Shown in pieces: positions 1 to 9,485 of a stretch of 64,000 nucleotides of DNA (its first letter is position 1; every line of letters begins with the position of its first letter). The stretch is from a virus: positions 64,001-128,000 of IMG/VR virus record IMGVR_UViG_3300009503_000018; one strand, written 5' to 3'. A program made the translations under genes and the position numbers. The notes under the pieces were generated by a model. The model ran no database searches and was not told where the DNA came from. It worked only from the letters and a program-made list of their open reading frames with translations.

Positions 1-1071
1 TACGCGAACTTTTCGAGCACATCCTGTCGCTAATACTGAAAGAGCGCACATCGACGCCATGTCTACTGGAGTCTGTGTCGTTTCAGCTACGGCTTCAACA
101 TAATTCTTTACCCATCCAGGAAAAACATGTGTCGGAAATGCCGGTAAATTGAGTTCGTCAAAGGCGACTGGGGCTTGCCATTCAACCGTTTCTACCGGTT
201 GTTCATACGGACGACGAACATTTTTCCAGCTCGTTCCTGGAGCAAACTTGCGATACGCCCACTGGACTTGTTTGATTGCCTCGGCATGAGGATACGGCGG
301 ATTACAATTATCGGCCGCTTGAAGAATCCAAGTCAAAGCCGTATCATATGAAAAATCTTGCGCTCGTAACGAGGCGGCGAGTCGAGTAATGGCATGATTG
401 CGTTCGCCTTCCGGGACTCCGCACAAAGCACGAACAACATTGAAACGTTCTGATTCTCTTCCTTGCTCCAAGGAGGCGGCCGAAATCAGCGCAAGTACCC
501 ATTCAGGAGCTTGAGCGACTGGGACTTCCCACGGTGCAGAGTCTTCGCACCACTCGTAATTTCCATTCGCATTCCGTGATGGTGGAAGAACCGCTTGTCC
601 ACCTTCTCCGCGAACATCAATACCGATACCAGGAAACAATTTCGCTTTGGTCGGAATAGTAATAGTCGAAGGGCATTGAAAACAAATATGCCGTCCGTCG
701 CTTCCGGTTTTTGCAATCGGGGTTGGCGGGATATCGCCATATTTTTTGATCAGTTCTACCCATTTTTCCACGCCCCCATCTTTAGTGTCAATATCGACCA
801 GAAAAAGATTAGAAGCTTTGCCTGTCGCTACTCCAATATTGGAATTAGGCCAATAGTCCTTAAACCAAGCAACAATTTCTGTTGGTTCTGTCGTCGCTTT
901 GAGCTGCCATTCATTAAAACGGGGATGTTTTCCTGGACTAAGACATTCGGATTTTCTCCAACACGTGCATTTTCCGTTTACACACGCATGGTTTGGAATA
1001 ATTCTCCACCCTAGTGTTGCATAGTACAGCGCGAATTCTAATGTTGTTTTTGGAATTTTAAAATCAGCCAT
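1..1071 (-). CDS. Bifunctional primase-polymerase (Prim-Pol) + PriCT-1 + start of a DUF3987/YfjI-like helicase domain; runs off the window
   Basis: Not in the ORF track; translated by hand from ATG at 1071, open to base 1. MADFKIPKTTLEFALYYATLGWRIIP..GKHP..NIGVATG..LVDID..TGSDGRHICF..GIDVRGEGGQAVLPPS (Prim-Pol); GVPEGERNHAITRLAASL (PriCT-1); FPTHVFPGWVKNYVEAVAETTQTPVD (DUF3987-like). Confidence 0.85.
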   Translation of the reverse strand, partial: MADFKIPKTTLEFALYYATLGWRIIPNHACVNGKCTCWRKSECLSPGKHPRFNEWQLKATTEPTEIVAWFKDYWPNSNIGVATGKASNLFLVDIDTKDGGVEKWVELIKKYGDIPPTPIAKTGSDGRHICFQCPSTITIPTKAKLFPGIGIDVRGEGGQAVLPPSRNANGNYEWCEDSAPWEVPVAQAPEWVLALISAASLEQGRESERFNVVRALCGVPEGERNHAITRLAASLRAQDFSYDTALTWILQAADNCNPPYPHAEAIKQVQWAYRKFAPGTSWKNVRRPYEQPVETVEWQAPVAFDELNLPAFPTHVFPGWVKNYVEAVAETTQTPVDMASMCALSVLATGCARKVRV

Positions 1072-1072
1072 A

Positions 1073-2782
1073 CTAGAATTCACAAGTCCCCTTCGTACAT
1101 TGTAAACGAAGAGCCTCTTCCATGTCTAGTGGTTCAATCGGGCTTTTTCCTCGTGAGCTGTCTCGATACAAAGTCACGCCCTTCAATTGACCAATATATT
1201 TTCTCAAAATTGGATCGAGGTCTTCTCCTGTATATGATTTCGGCAGATTAATCGTTTTGGAGATTGCGTTATCCACATGCCGTTGACAAATCGCTTGAAT
1301 CTCTAAATGATCTTTGACAGAAATTTCAAGGGCAGATTCATACAACCGAACACGAGGATCGCCAGTGTCGCGTAAATCGACGAAAGGTTGGTGTTCGATA
1401 ATCTCTTCTTCTAGGCGATCTCCTGATCGGAATCTACGCCGATACGCGAATGCGTATAACGGTTCAATTCCGCTTGTGACATTAGAAACAATACTCGTTG
1501 TACCTGTCGGAGCACAAGTCAATAAAGCACAATTACGAATGCCGTTTCTCAGAATTCTCTCTCGGATACCAATGCTGAGATTTTTTTGACAAAACCCTGA
1601 CTCAACGAACTTGCCCCGGTTCAATGCCGGAAATTGACCTTTTTCAATGGCGAGGTCAATACTTGCTTCATACGCTTTCTTTTTGATGAATCGGAATACC
1701 TCGTCAACGGCGGCTTTCCCTTCGTCGGATGTGTATTTTTTTCCCAACAAGACCAACATATCGTGCAAGCCCATAACGCCAAGACCGATACGACGGACTT
1801 GTTTGCAATGCTCTTCAATTTCTTTGAGAGGATATGTATTTACATCTAAAACGTTATCCAAAAATCGTACAGCAATAGCAATCGTCCGTGCCAAACTGCG
1901 ACGATCTAATTCTCCATTGACGACAAATCGAGGCAATACAAGCGCACCCAAATCACAACATCCGTAGGCTTCCAAAGGGATTTCGCCGCACGGGTTTGTC
2001 GAAATGCACGGATGAGAATAATAAATGTTGTTCTGTTGATTCCACAACCAGCCATTAAGAATACCGGGCTCTCCACATGCAACAGCGTTGTCTAGAATTT
2101 TTTTCCACAATTCCCGAGCAGGTATGGTCTTTACTACTTGGTTATTCCACATAAATTCGTGGAGTTCGTCTCGTTCTACGCGCTTCAAGAATTTTGTCGG
2201 ATCCTCGTTCATAAAAACGACGCTGACGTTGGCATTAGTCAGTTTTTTGAGGTCGAGCTTTTTGTCCAGAAATTCAGGAATATCTGGATGATCGTGATTC
2301 AAACACAGCATTAGAGCTGTACGCCGTCCTCCTCCGGCGCGGATAACGTCTCCGGCAGCATTGATAATTTCCATAAGAGACACAGCTCCGGTTGCTGCTC
2401 CAGAATGTCCACGAATAACACTACCACGCGGACGAATTGGAGAAAAGTTTATTCCAATTCCTCCCCCCATACCAGACACAACAATCGAATCTGATACTGT
2501 CTTGCCCCATCCTTCGCGGGAGTCGCTTGTCGGCAAACAAAAACAATTCAGCAGTTGTCCACGGGGTCTGCCGCTACCATACCAAATACGACCACCCGGC
2601 ATAAACCGATTATTTACCAATTCGTTCCAAAATACTTCTTCGCACTCTTTGATTTTGTCGTTATTTTCGGCGGCCGCTACAACGCGAGCGACTCGTCGAC
2701 ACGCATCTTCCCACGTCTCGTCATGATTCAAGGCATACCGCTCTTTAAAAATTCGCATTGAAAAATCATTTTTTCCAACCAT
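1073..2782 (-). CDS. nrdJ: Ribonucleotide reductase, class II (B12-dependent) type
   Basis: FMPGGRI, LLNCF, STNPCGEIPL, CAPTGT, C-terminal CTKGTC; no ATP cone and no small subunit gene in the window. Start trimmed to the ATG at 2782. Confidence 0.88.
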   Translation of the reverse strand: MVGKNDFSMRIFKERYALNHDETWEDACRRVARVVAAAENNDKIKECEEVFWNELVNNRFMPGGRIWYGSGRPRGQLLNCFCLPTSDSREGWGKTVSDSIVVSGMGGGIGINFSPIRPRGSVIRGHSGAATGAVSLMEIINAAGDVIRAGGGRRTALMLCLNHDHPDIPEFLDKKLDLKKLTNANVSVVFMNEDPTKFLKRVERDELHEFMWNNQVVKTIPARELWKKILDNAVACGEPGILNGWLWNQQNNIYYSHPCISTNPCGEIPLEAYGCCDLGALVLPRFVVNGELDRRSLARTIAIAVRFLDNVLDVNTYPLKEIEEHCKQVRRIGLGVMGLHDMLVLLGKKYTSDEGKAAVDEVFRFIKKKAYEASIDLAIEKGQFPALNRGKFVESGFCQKNLSIGIRERILRNGIRNCALLTCAPTGTTSIVSNVTSGIEPLYAFAYRRRFRSGDRLEEEIIEHQPFVDLRDTGDPRVRLYESALEISVKDHLEIQAICQRHVDNAISKTINLPKSYTGEDLDPILRKYIGQLKGVTLYRDSSRGKSPIEPLDMEEALRLQCTKGTCEF

Positions 2783-2848
2783 CTCTTTTCTTCCTCGCCC
2801 CAATAGTGTTGATAGTAATCCTAACTCTTTTCTGCGTCCCCAAAAAGT

Positions 2849-4597
2849 TCATGCGAGATAAGCAAGGAGTTCTTCTTTTTTCAACGCAATCAACTGTGCA
2901 TCTTCCAATGTAAGAGCGTCGAATATGTCTTGACGTTTCTTTAAGACTGCGTTGACTAATTGATCCACGGACTTCGCCGCTTCGATTGTGATAATTAATG
3001 CGGGGTCCGTATTTGATCGACGATCTATTCTGTCCAATGACTGACGATACAATGGCAAATACCACGGTTTCTCTAAATAGACCGCTGTTCGACAAACCTT
3101 TAACCAATCAATGCTCGTTCCAGCTTTTTCCGGAATAGACACGACAATTCGGGCTTTCTTTGATAAAACAGCGTCTCGCACTGTTCGGTCGTCCGAACCA
3201 CCGTAATATGCAACGGCATGATAACGTTTATATCTCTGGACTAATTTATCAACCGACTCTCTCCACTGCGTCCATACTAAAAGTTGAGCATCAGGATTGC
3301 TCAAAATTTCCTCAACCACATCGTCTAATTCGAGATATTTTGCTGAATCACCAGAAAATTTTTTAAACCCAGCAATATGTGGATGATTCAGGATTTGTCG
3401 GAGACGTAACACGCGCGTTCCCGCCCCTACAACAGAGACCGTATCTCCTTCCGATGTCTGAATTTCAGCGTGAATGGCTTTTTTCATTTCATTGTAAATT
3501 TTCTCTTGACCTCCACGCAGCGTAACAACACGTGTTTGAAAAATCTTTGAAGGACGATTCAACACTTCAGATTTCAAAAATCGAATTGATGCGCACTCCA
3601 TCCAATCTTTGAGCGTTTGAAGATTTTTGAACCCCGTTTCGACCATCACACGCCTGTGACCAAAAAATCGCAGTTTCCGTTCAACAAAGTAATTATAAAA
3701 AACAGAATACGGAGGAAAGTACCGATTTGGGCAATGTTCAACTAATTTCAACGGTGCCCACGCGCTTTTTGGATTTCCGTCAATGGCGGTTCCCGTCGCG
3801 CACACGAGTTTAACATCTCCCCACCGCTGAATCAAATCCATGATTCTCTTGTGCCGCTTGGCATTCGGATTTTTTAAGGTGTGACATTCGTCGAGAGCGA
3901 CAAAGTCAAACTTCAACTTCTTAAAAGAGTCGAATACTCTAACACGGCTCTTGGAATCTTGATATAATGCATCGTAATGCAAGATTAAGAGATCATAATT
4001 ATTATTTTGAAACTCTTGGAGATCACGAAGGACCGCTTGAGTGCCATTCCCAACACACAACGCCTTTAATGTTGTGTGCCGCTTGACTTCTTCTATCCAA
4101 TCTAATTTTCCCGAATTCAAACACAATACTAGCCCTTTATTGCACACACCTGTCGATTTCCAATACAAAAATGTGTATAAGAGTATGAGAGTTTTCCCAA
4201 GTCCAGTTTCCGAAGCTTCAAGTGATCGTCCACGTTCGATATGGAATTTAATACACTGGAGCTGGTCAGGATATGGCTTTGTCTTCGCGCCCTGAATTTT
4301 TTCGAGCAAAGTTTCATCTGGCGGAGCTTTTTTGAGAGTTAGTAAATACTGGCGTCGTTCCTCAAACTGATCAATAAAGTCTTTTGCTTCTAAGGACATT
4401 TCTCCTTTATCAGGAGCTTGTAACGTATTCAAGCGGTGGGCGAATATGTGGAAATCGTGGACGCCAATAAGCCACGCCCGACACTTCTCATCGTATTTTG
4501 CCGTGAGAAGAGACCGAATCGCGGTAATTGCTTGTTGAGAAGCGTCAGTGAATTCGATTTTTAAACGGCCGTTATCCGCCACATCAACAAAAATCAT
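2849..4597 (-). CDS. SNF2/SWI2-family helicase-like ATPase
   Basis: ETGLGKT Walker A, LDECH Walker B, ATGTAIDG motif III, C-terminal QSLDRIDR motif VI. Confidence 0.9.
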   Translation of the reverse strand: MIFVDVADNGRLKIEFTDASQQAITAIRSLLTAKYDEKCRAWLIGVHDFHIFAHRLNTLQAPDKGEMSLEAKDFIDQFEERRQYLLTLKKAPPDETLLEKIQGAKTKPYPDQLQCIKFHIERGRSLEASETGLGKTLILLYTFLYWKSTGVCNKGLVLCLNSGKLDWIEEVKRHTTLKALCVGNGTQAVLRDLQEFQNNNYDLLILHYDALYQDSKSRVRVFDSFKKLKFDFVALDECHTLKNPNAKRHKRIMDLIQRWGDVKLVCATGTAIDGNPKSAWAPLKLVEHCPNRYFPPYSVFYNYFVERKLRFFGHRRVMVETGFKNLQTLKDWMECASIRFLKSEVLNRPSKIFQTRVVTLRGGQEKIYNEMKKAIHAEIQTSEGDTVSVVGAGTRVLRLRQILNHPHIAGFKKFSGDSAKYLELDDVVEEILSNPDAQLLVWTQWRESVDKLVQRYKRYHAVAYYGGSDDRTVRDAVLSKKARIVVSIPEKAGTSIDWLKVCRTAVYLEKPWYLPLYRQSLDRIDRRSNTDPALIITIEAAKSVDQLVNAVLKKRQDIFDALTLEDAQLIALKKEELLAYLA

Positions 4598-4622
4598 ATT
4601 CTTTACTGCGAAACTAGAATTT

Positions 4623-4910
4623 TTATTTTGCTGATGCTTTTTTCCGACCTGCCTGCATAGCCGCTTTTTGTGCTTCTGTCAGGACTTTTCCTTCTCTCTT
4701 TCTCTTTTTTCGTGGGAGTTTAATCCAGTCTTTAGGAACAATCCAAGACCAGGAATCAGTTGCTCCGGGCCACATGGGCTGTGGCGGACCGAGGCGACGT
4801 GTAAGCTTCTTCAGCAACACCGGCGATGTAGTTTCTATCCATGCCGTGTCTTCTCCGTCGTTGAATCCAATGATTGTTTCTCTTTCGATTTTAGTCCGAG
4901 ACTTCGCCAT
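4623..4910 (-). CDS. Hypothetical protein
   Basis: 95-aa ORF packed in the operon, GGAGG SD upstream. Confidence 0.6.
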   Translation of the reverse strand: MAKSRTKIERETIIGFNDGEDTAWIETTSPVLLKKLTRRLGPPQPMWPGATDSWSWIVPKDWIKLPRKKRKREGKVLTEAQKAAMQAGRKKASAK

Positions 4911-4932
4911 TTGTACCTCCTATACTTTGCGA

Positions 4933-7083
4933 TTATTTTAGGTCGGCCCAGGATTTTCCAATTTTCGGTTTGAATTTGAGAGGAACCGAAATATATTCTT
5001 GCACGCTTGTCATGGCTTTTTCAAAATCCTGTGCAAACAAATCGACGTTTTGATCAGCACGTACACTGAAAATTACTTCATCATGCACATATAAGTACAA
5101 CACAGCGTCCAAGTTGTGCCGTTTTATGAGTTCTCCAACCCGGACAATACCCAAATTAGTAATATCGGCCGCAGACCCTTGAATCTTCGTATTGACAATT
5201 TGTCTTTCTACATGTTCGATTTCACGCTTCAATCGGCGACACTCGACTGTATAATAGCACTCCCACAAAAAAGGGCAAGTTGCACACGTGTCTTTTTTGT
5301 AGGTTTTAAGCAATGGTCGGATTTTTTCGGCTCGGTCTCTTGTCCATTCGTGCAAATCCATACCCAAGTCATATTGTATGGACATAGCGACTCCGCCGTA
5401 TTTTTTCATTTGACCATAACATGCGGGCGGCTGTCGTGGATATGGGGGTGTGTCACGAGGCGGAAGCTTTTTTATGTCGGGAATGTACCGCCGGCGCCCA
5501 AACAGCATTTCCACATAGCCTTGGGCTCGTGCTAGAGAAACCTCGTGTTTCGCCCACGGCTTAATATATTTATAAATACGGAAGAATTTTTCATAGTACT
5601 CTTTTGCGGCAGGAACATCACAATCGAGTTGTCGAGCAAGCCCAAATGCGGTTTCCAAATACAGCAAAGCAAAATTGATACTTTTGGCGAGTCGACGAGC
5701 CTCTGGAAATAATGTTTCTACTTCTTCAACCCGGCATGGCAAATTCAACATCGCTACAGCCGTAGACGAATGAATGTCTTTATCGTGATGGTAAATTTTT
5801 AATAGTTCAGGATCTTGACAATAATGCGTCAATACCCGAGCTTCCAATTGGCTGTGATCACCGCCACACAAGACCCAACCCTCTTCCGCCACAAACGCTT
5901 TTCGGACAAGGGGGCCATGTGGAATTTGGTGCAATCGCGCCATACTGAGCCGGCCGGTTCGTGTTCCATGAATTTTTGGATCTGTCCGATAAAACCCGTC
6001 AGGACCAATATCAGATAGCAACCCAGTAAAATACGTGCTTTTAAGTTTTTCGGCAGCCCGATATTCAATAATATAATCAACAACCGGGTGAGTTCCACGA
6101 AGCCGTTTTAGCTCGGCTTCATCGGTACTGTACCCCTTTTTTGTTTTACGCCCCCCCGGTAATTTCAACGTGTCATATAAGAGTTCTCGTAATTGATCTG
6201 GTGAGCTTGGATTAAATACTGGATTACCGACGATTGTACGGATTTGATCTATTAAAATTTTTATTTCTGCATTATACCAATTTTCGCCATTTTCGAGATA
6301 TTCCGTATCAAGACAGACTCCGTGTACACGCATATCGAGGGCTGTGCGGGCAAGCGGCATTGTAATAACAGTATAGATGGGCTGTGTAGTCGGTAACAGC
6401 GATTGTTCAAGAATGTCATCGAGTCTTCGGGTCCAAACGGCATCTCCAGCACCATATTCTGCAACATACTGTACAGGAATTAACCAGTATTTCGGATTTT
6501 CGTCTGTACCTCCTACCGCTTTATTCCACCGCTTGAGTTCGACTTCATACCAATCGGCGTCAGGATGAATTTTTTTCACCGCCAGTTCTTTAAGACTATG
6601 CTGTGAGTCTGCATCCACAACATGAGATTTCAACATCGTGTCGCTGTAAATACCGCGAACCACAATATCAAAATTGAAATAGATAATCGGAATATCATAT
6701 AGCAAATTATGAAATATCTTTTTTATATCACTTTCTAAAAATGACTTTAAAAAATCAACAAGATAACGGAACTTTTTTTCGCTGTTCCAGTATATTGTTC
6801 CTTCTGGGGAATTATACATCGGAATATAATATCCTTCTTCCCACGGCGGGAAAGATAGGCAAATCCCGATTACCTTGTCTCGGTCAACATGTAGACCGGT
6901 TGTTTCAGTGTCCACAGCCGCTCGTGATGCGTGCTCAGCGACCTTTTCTAAGGCTTTAATAGTTTCATCAGATTCTACAAGGATGGGACGAAAGAGGTTA
7001 GGACACGGCCGAACCGGAGGAGGGAGAACAACCTGGGGTGGTACACCCTCTTTCGGCGGTTGAAGATCCGTGTACTTGTTCAT
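4933..7083 (-). CDS. polA: Family A DNA polymerase with 3'-5' exonuclease and a Cys-rich insertion
   Basis: Exo I VDTETTG, Exo II FHNLLYD; HGTRTGRLS; motif A DHSQLEARVL; motif B RRLAKSINF..Y; motif C YVHDEV. Confidence 0.95.
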   Translation of the reverse strand: MNKYTDLQPPKEGVPPQVVLPPPVRPCPNLFRPILVESDETIKALEKVAEHASRAAVDTETTGLHVDRDKVIGICLSFPPWEEGYYIPMYNSPEGTIYWNSEKKFRYLVDFLKSFLESDIKKIFHNLLYDIPIIYFNFDIVVRGIYSDTMLKSHVVDADSQHSLKELAVKKIHPDADWYEVELKRWNKAVGGTDENPKYWLIPVQYVAEYGAGDAVWTRRLDDILEQSLLPTTQPIYTVITMPLARTALDMRVHGVCLDTEYLENGENWYNAEIKILIDQIRTIVGNPVFNPSSPDQLRELLYDTLKLPGGRKTKKGYSTDEAELKRLRGTHPVVDYIIEYRAAEKLKSTYFTGLLSDIGPDGFYRTDPKIHGTRTGRLSMARLHQIPHGPLVRKAFVAEEGWVLCGGDHSQLEARVLTHYCQDPELLKIYHHDKDIHSSTAVAMLNLPCRVEEVETLFPEARRLAKSINFALLYLETAFGLARQLDCDVPAAKEYYEKFFRIYKYIKPWAKHEVSLARAQGYVEMLFGRRRYIPDIKKLPPRDTPPYPRQPPACYGQMKKYGGVAMSIQYDLGMDLHEWTRDRAEKIRPLLKTYKKDTCATCPFLWECYYTVECRRLKREIEHVERQIVNTKIQGSAADITNLGIVRVGELIKRHNLDAVLYLYVHDEVIFSVRADQNVDLFAQDFEKAMTSVQEYISVPLKFKPKIGKSWADLK

Positions 7084-7736
7084 CGCTTAAAACACTTATA
7101 CCGACCGAACGATTCGACAATGCGGTATCCGTGAGCCTCTTGTGCGGTTAATGCTGTGACTTGCGCAATAACTGCATCGACTTTGGTCGCAGCCTCTTTG
7201 CGTAAAGAGAGGACTGTCGCCTTTACATCACCGAGCGTAGTCCAATTCCGAATAAAAATATCCAAGACGAGGCGGCGAAGCGAATCTCGCCGAAACGGAT
7301 TAACCGCAGGTTGAAGCGATATGCTAACACCGTGCGCCCGAATCCGCTGTCGATCATTTTGTTCTTGCACGGCATTATATTGTGGAGATTCCTGGCGCGC
7401 AAACAACTCGTCTGACTCAGCCAAGACTTGCTCATACGATTTTTTCGAACAGTGTATCGCGTTGATGGGAATATTCATTGACAACAATTTCGCGACTAAG
7501 CAGGACTTTGCTAATGCACATTCATACGGCTCCCCCTCATGAAGAGGGAGCTGGGGATTACACACTCCTGACTCAAGGTTTGGGTCAGAAAAACAGGGGG
7601 GAATTTTTGATGTCGGGATTGACTCGGAAAGTCCCTCAACGATTTCGATCAATCGCTGTTTATCCCCTTTAAATTCTGGACGTGCAATGTCGTTAACAAT
7701 AACGTCGAAATTTTTGTTTTCTGGCTTTTGCATCAC
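7080..7736 (-). CDS. Hypothetical protein
   Basis: 218-aa ORF overlapping the polA start by 4 nt. Confidence 0.65.
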   Translation of the reverse strand: MMQKPENKNFDVIVNDIARPEFKGDKQRLIEIVEGLSESIPTSKIPPCFSDPNLESGVCNPQLPLHEGEPYECALAKSCLVAKLLSMNIPINAIHCSKKSYEQVLAESDELFARQESPQYNAVQEQNDRQRIRAHGVSISLQPAVNPFRRDSLRRLVLDIFIRNWTTLGDVKATVLSLRKEAATKVDAVIAQVTALTAQEAHGYRIVESFGRYKCFKR

Positions 7737-7903
7737 GAATTTTTCAAATCTTTTACATAAATGATTGTGTGATCTGTGTTCGACTTTTTTGTTGATAATT
7801 GTTCGGAATTGAAAATTCGACTACAATTTAAACACAGATACGCCCCGGAAGGCAAACGATGAAAAGCGTCCTGTCCACACTTGGGGCAAAAAATATTTTT
7901 CAT
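7733..7903 (-). CDS. Small zinc-ribbon protein (56 aa)
   Basis: Below the track cutoff; hand translation MKNIFCPKCGQDAFHRLPSGAYLCLNCSRIF...; exactly fills the gap and its TGA overlaps the next start. Confidence 0.6.
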   Translation of the reverse strand: MKNIFCPKCGQDAFHRLPSGAYLCLNCSRIFNSEQLSTKKSNTDHTIIYVKDLKNS

Positions 7904-8140
7904 TTAAACGTATGATTCCAATTCATCAACGATGTCGTCGATCTCGCCTTCTAATTCTACGGCATCAGTGTACAACCGTTCAAGCTGGTGAGCAACATGG
8001 GCTAAAATCTCTGGTGTTGTATAGTACACTTCAGACGGCATTGGTGGCGGAAGACTCGTTTTCGCCATCCCCCGTAAAAAATCCTGGAGATCACGTACTC
8101 CAGTTCGGATATTGTTCAATAACTGCTCGTATCGCTCCAT
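7904..8140 (-). CDS. Hypothetical protein
   Basis: 78-aa ORF abutting both neighbours. Confidence 0.55.
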   Translation of the reverse strand: MERYEQLLNNIRTGVRDLQDFLRGMAKTSLPPPMPSEVYYTTPEILAHVAHQLERLYTDAVELEGEIDDIVDELESYV

Positions 8141-8325
8141 TAGTTTCCAACCTCGGTTTCAGATTCTTCTTCATACATCGCACTGACTAAAAGATTGAGT
8201 TTTTCAGAAATGTCCAGTAGCAATAACAAAATCAATGTATCGCGTTCTGAAAAACACCCCGCCGCAATACGAGTACGAATGTCGTCTAAGCTCAGCTCAG
8301 TAATTGTTTGAAAAGTTCCCGCCAT
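8140..8325 (-). CDS. Hypothetical protein
   Basis: Probable start MAGTFQ at 8325; overlaps the glycosyltransferase end by 34 nt and couples to the next ATG. Confidence 0.4.
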   Translation of the reverse strand: MAGTFQTITELSLDDIRTRIAAGCFSERDTLILLLLLDISEKLNLLVSAMYEEESETEVGN

Positions 8326-9485
8326 TGTGGCACCACATGATGCTTCCAGGTTCTGTTTTCTTGATACCACTTCCGTCCCTGAAGCGCCATCTCTTTGTAT
8401 TTTGTGTAATTAGTACGGACTTCGAGCATTGCTTTTGCGACGACGCGCGGATCAGCATAATATCGCCAATTGCTCCTGTCAGTACCAAACGGAAGAGCCG
8501 AATGACGAAGTCCGGGGTCATACAGGTAACCAAAATCTCGCACGACTTCGGGGAATGAAGTATGTCGGGGAGCGATAACCGGTATTCCAGCACAAATTGA
8601 TTCCGATATCGAGAGTCCCCAGCCGTCACCGATGGATGTCGTCAATGTTACTCGACACGCGTTGTACATGGCATTGAGTTGCTCCTCGGACAATCGCGCT
8701 GGAGACACTCGAATTGAATTATTTTTCTTGAAGTTTAGACTGTTAGCAATAAGGCGAATATTACAGCCAATACTTTCTTCTTCATTCATGTGAAGGACAA
8801 GAGTATCGTCATTGTCGACAAGATTTTTATACTCTCGCAATGCCGCAATCGAACATGGGATATTTTTCCGGACTTGATTTTTGTTAACATTAATAAAAGC
8901 AAAATCTCCAACTAACTTTTTGTAGTACGCCACGGCTGGATTTGAACCAGGCGGAATTGGTCGAAAAGTCTCCGGATCCGCGCCGTGTGGAATGACTTTA
9001 GTCCGAATCCCCAATGTGGGGTGAATTCTTTTTACCGTGTCTAAGGCAAATTCTGTGTAGGTCACAGGTACGTCAACGCAGACAAGCCAATCATACCACA
9101 CTCCGTCCAGCTCTTCGCAATCAATAGGGAAATAGCACACAACCGGAATTTGACCTTTCTTTTTTACACGCTCAACAACATCAGGCATGAAATCGCGCAT
9201 GAGCCACGCATCATTGAGTATAAAAAATAAATCGAACTGCTCGAATTCGACCCAGCGTTTCAAATGCTCTCTCCCGTAATAATCTATCGGACCTGCGCCG
9301 AGCAAAGGATTACATGCCGGATAAATCTTCAGATGAGGAAATTCGTGAGGATATCCATTATAGTTTATGCCAAATATTTTAATATCAAAATCATCAATTA
9401 GGTTAGTGAAAATGCTTTTAATAACATTTCCAAACCCGGTGCAGACAGTCGGGGTATCCCCGTAGACGGCAATAGTCTTTTTCAT
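8292..9485 (-). CDS. Glycosyltransferase, GT-B fold (GT4-like)
   Basis: N-terminal GDTPTVCTGFG; IPHGADPETF; INVNKNQVRKN; C-terminal GDGWGLSISESICAGIPVI (EX7E-like region). Confidence 0.85.
   Translation of the reverse strand: MKKTIAVYGDTPTVCTGFGNVIKSIFTNLIDDFDIKIFGINYNGYPHEFPHLKIYPACNPLLGAGPIDYYGREHLKRWVEFEQFDLFFILNDAWLMRDFMPDVVERVKKKGQIPVVCYFPIDCEELDGVWYDWLVCVDVPVTYTEFALDTVKRIHPTLGIRTKVIPHGADPETFRPIPPGSNPAVAYYKKLVGDFAFINVNKNQVRKNIPCSIAALREYKNLVDNDDTLVLHMNEEESIGCNIRLIANSLNFKKNNSIRVSPARLSEEQLNAMYNACRVTLTTSIGDGWGLSISESICAGIPVIAPRHTSFPEVVRDFGYLYDPGLRHSALPFGTDRSNWRYYADPRVVAKAMLEVRTNYTKYKEMALQGRKWYQENRTWKHHVVPQWRELFKQLLS

Noticed and set aside
486-1014. Track ORFs 486-740 (-) and 595-1014 (+)
   Set aside because: Shadows of the Prim-Pol reading frame 1-1071.
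1311-1335. Internal target for the copy-3 guide (GAAATTTCAA in nrdJ)
   Set aside because: Only a 10-nt match, expected by chance. I could not search the window exhaustively for guide targets.
5209-5472. Intein or intron in polA
   Set aside because: The frame is continuous; there is no N-terminal C/S or C-terminal HN-(C/S/T) splice junction, and the insert is too short.
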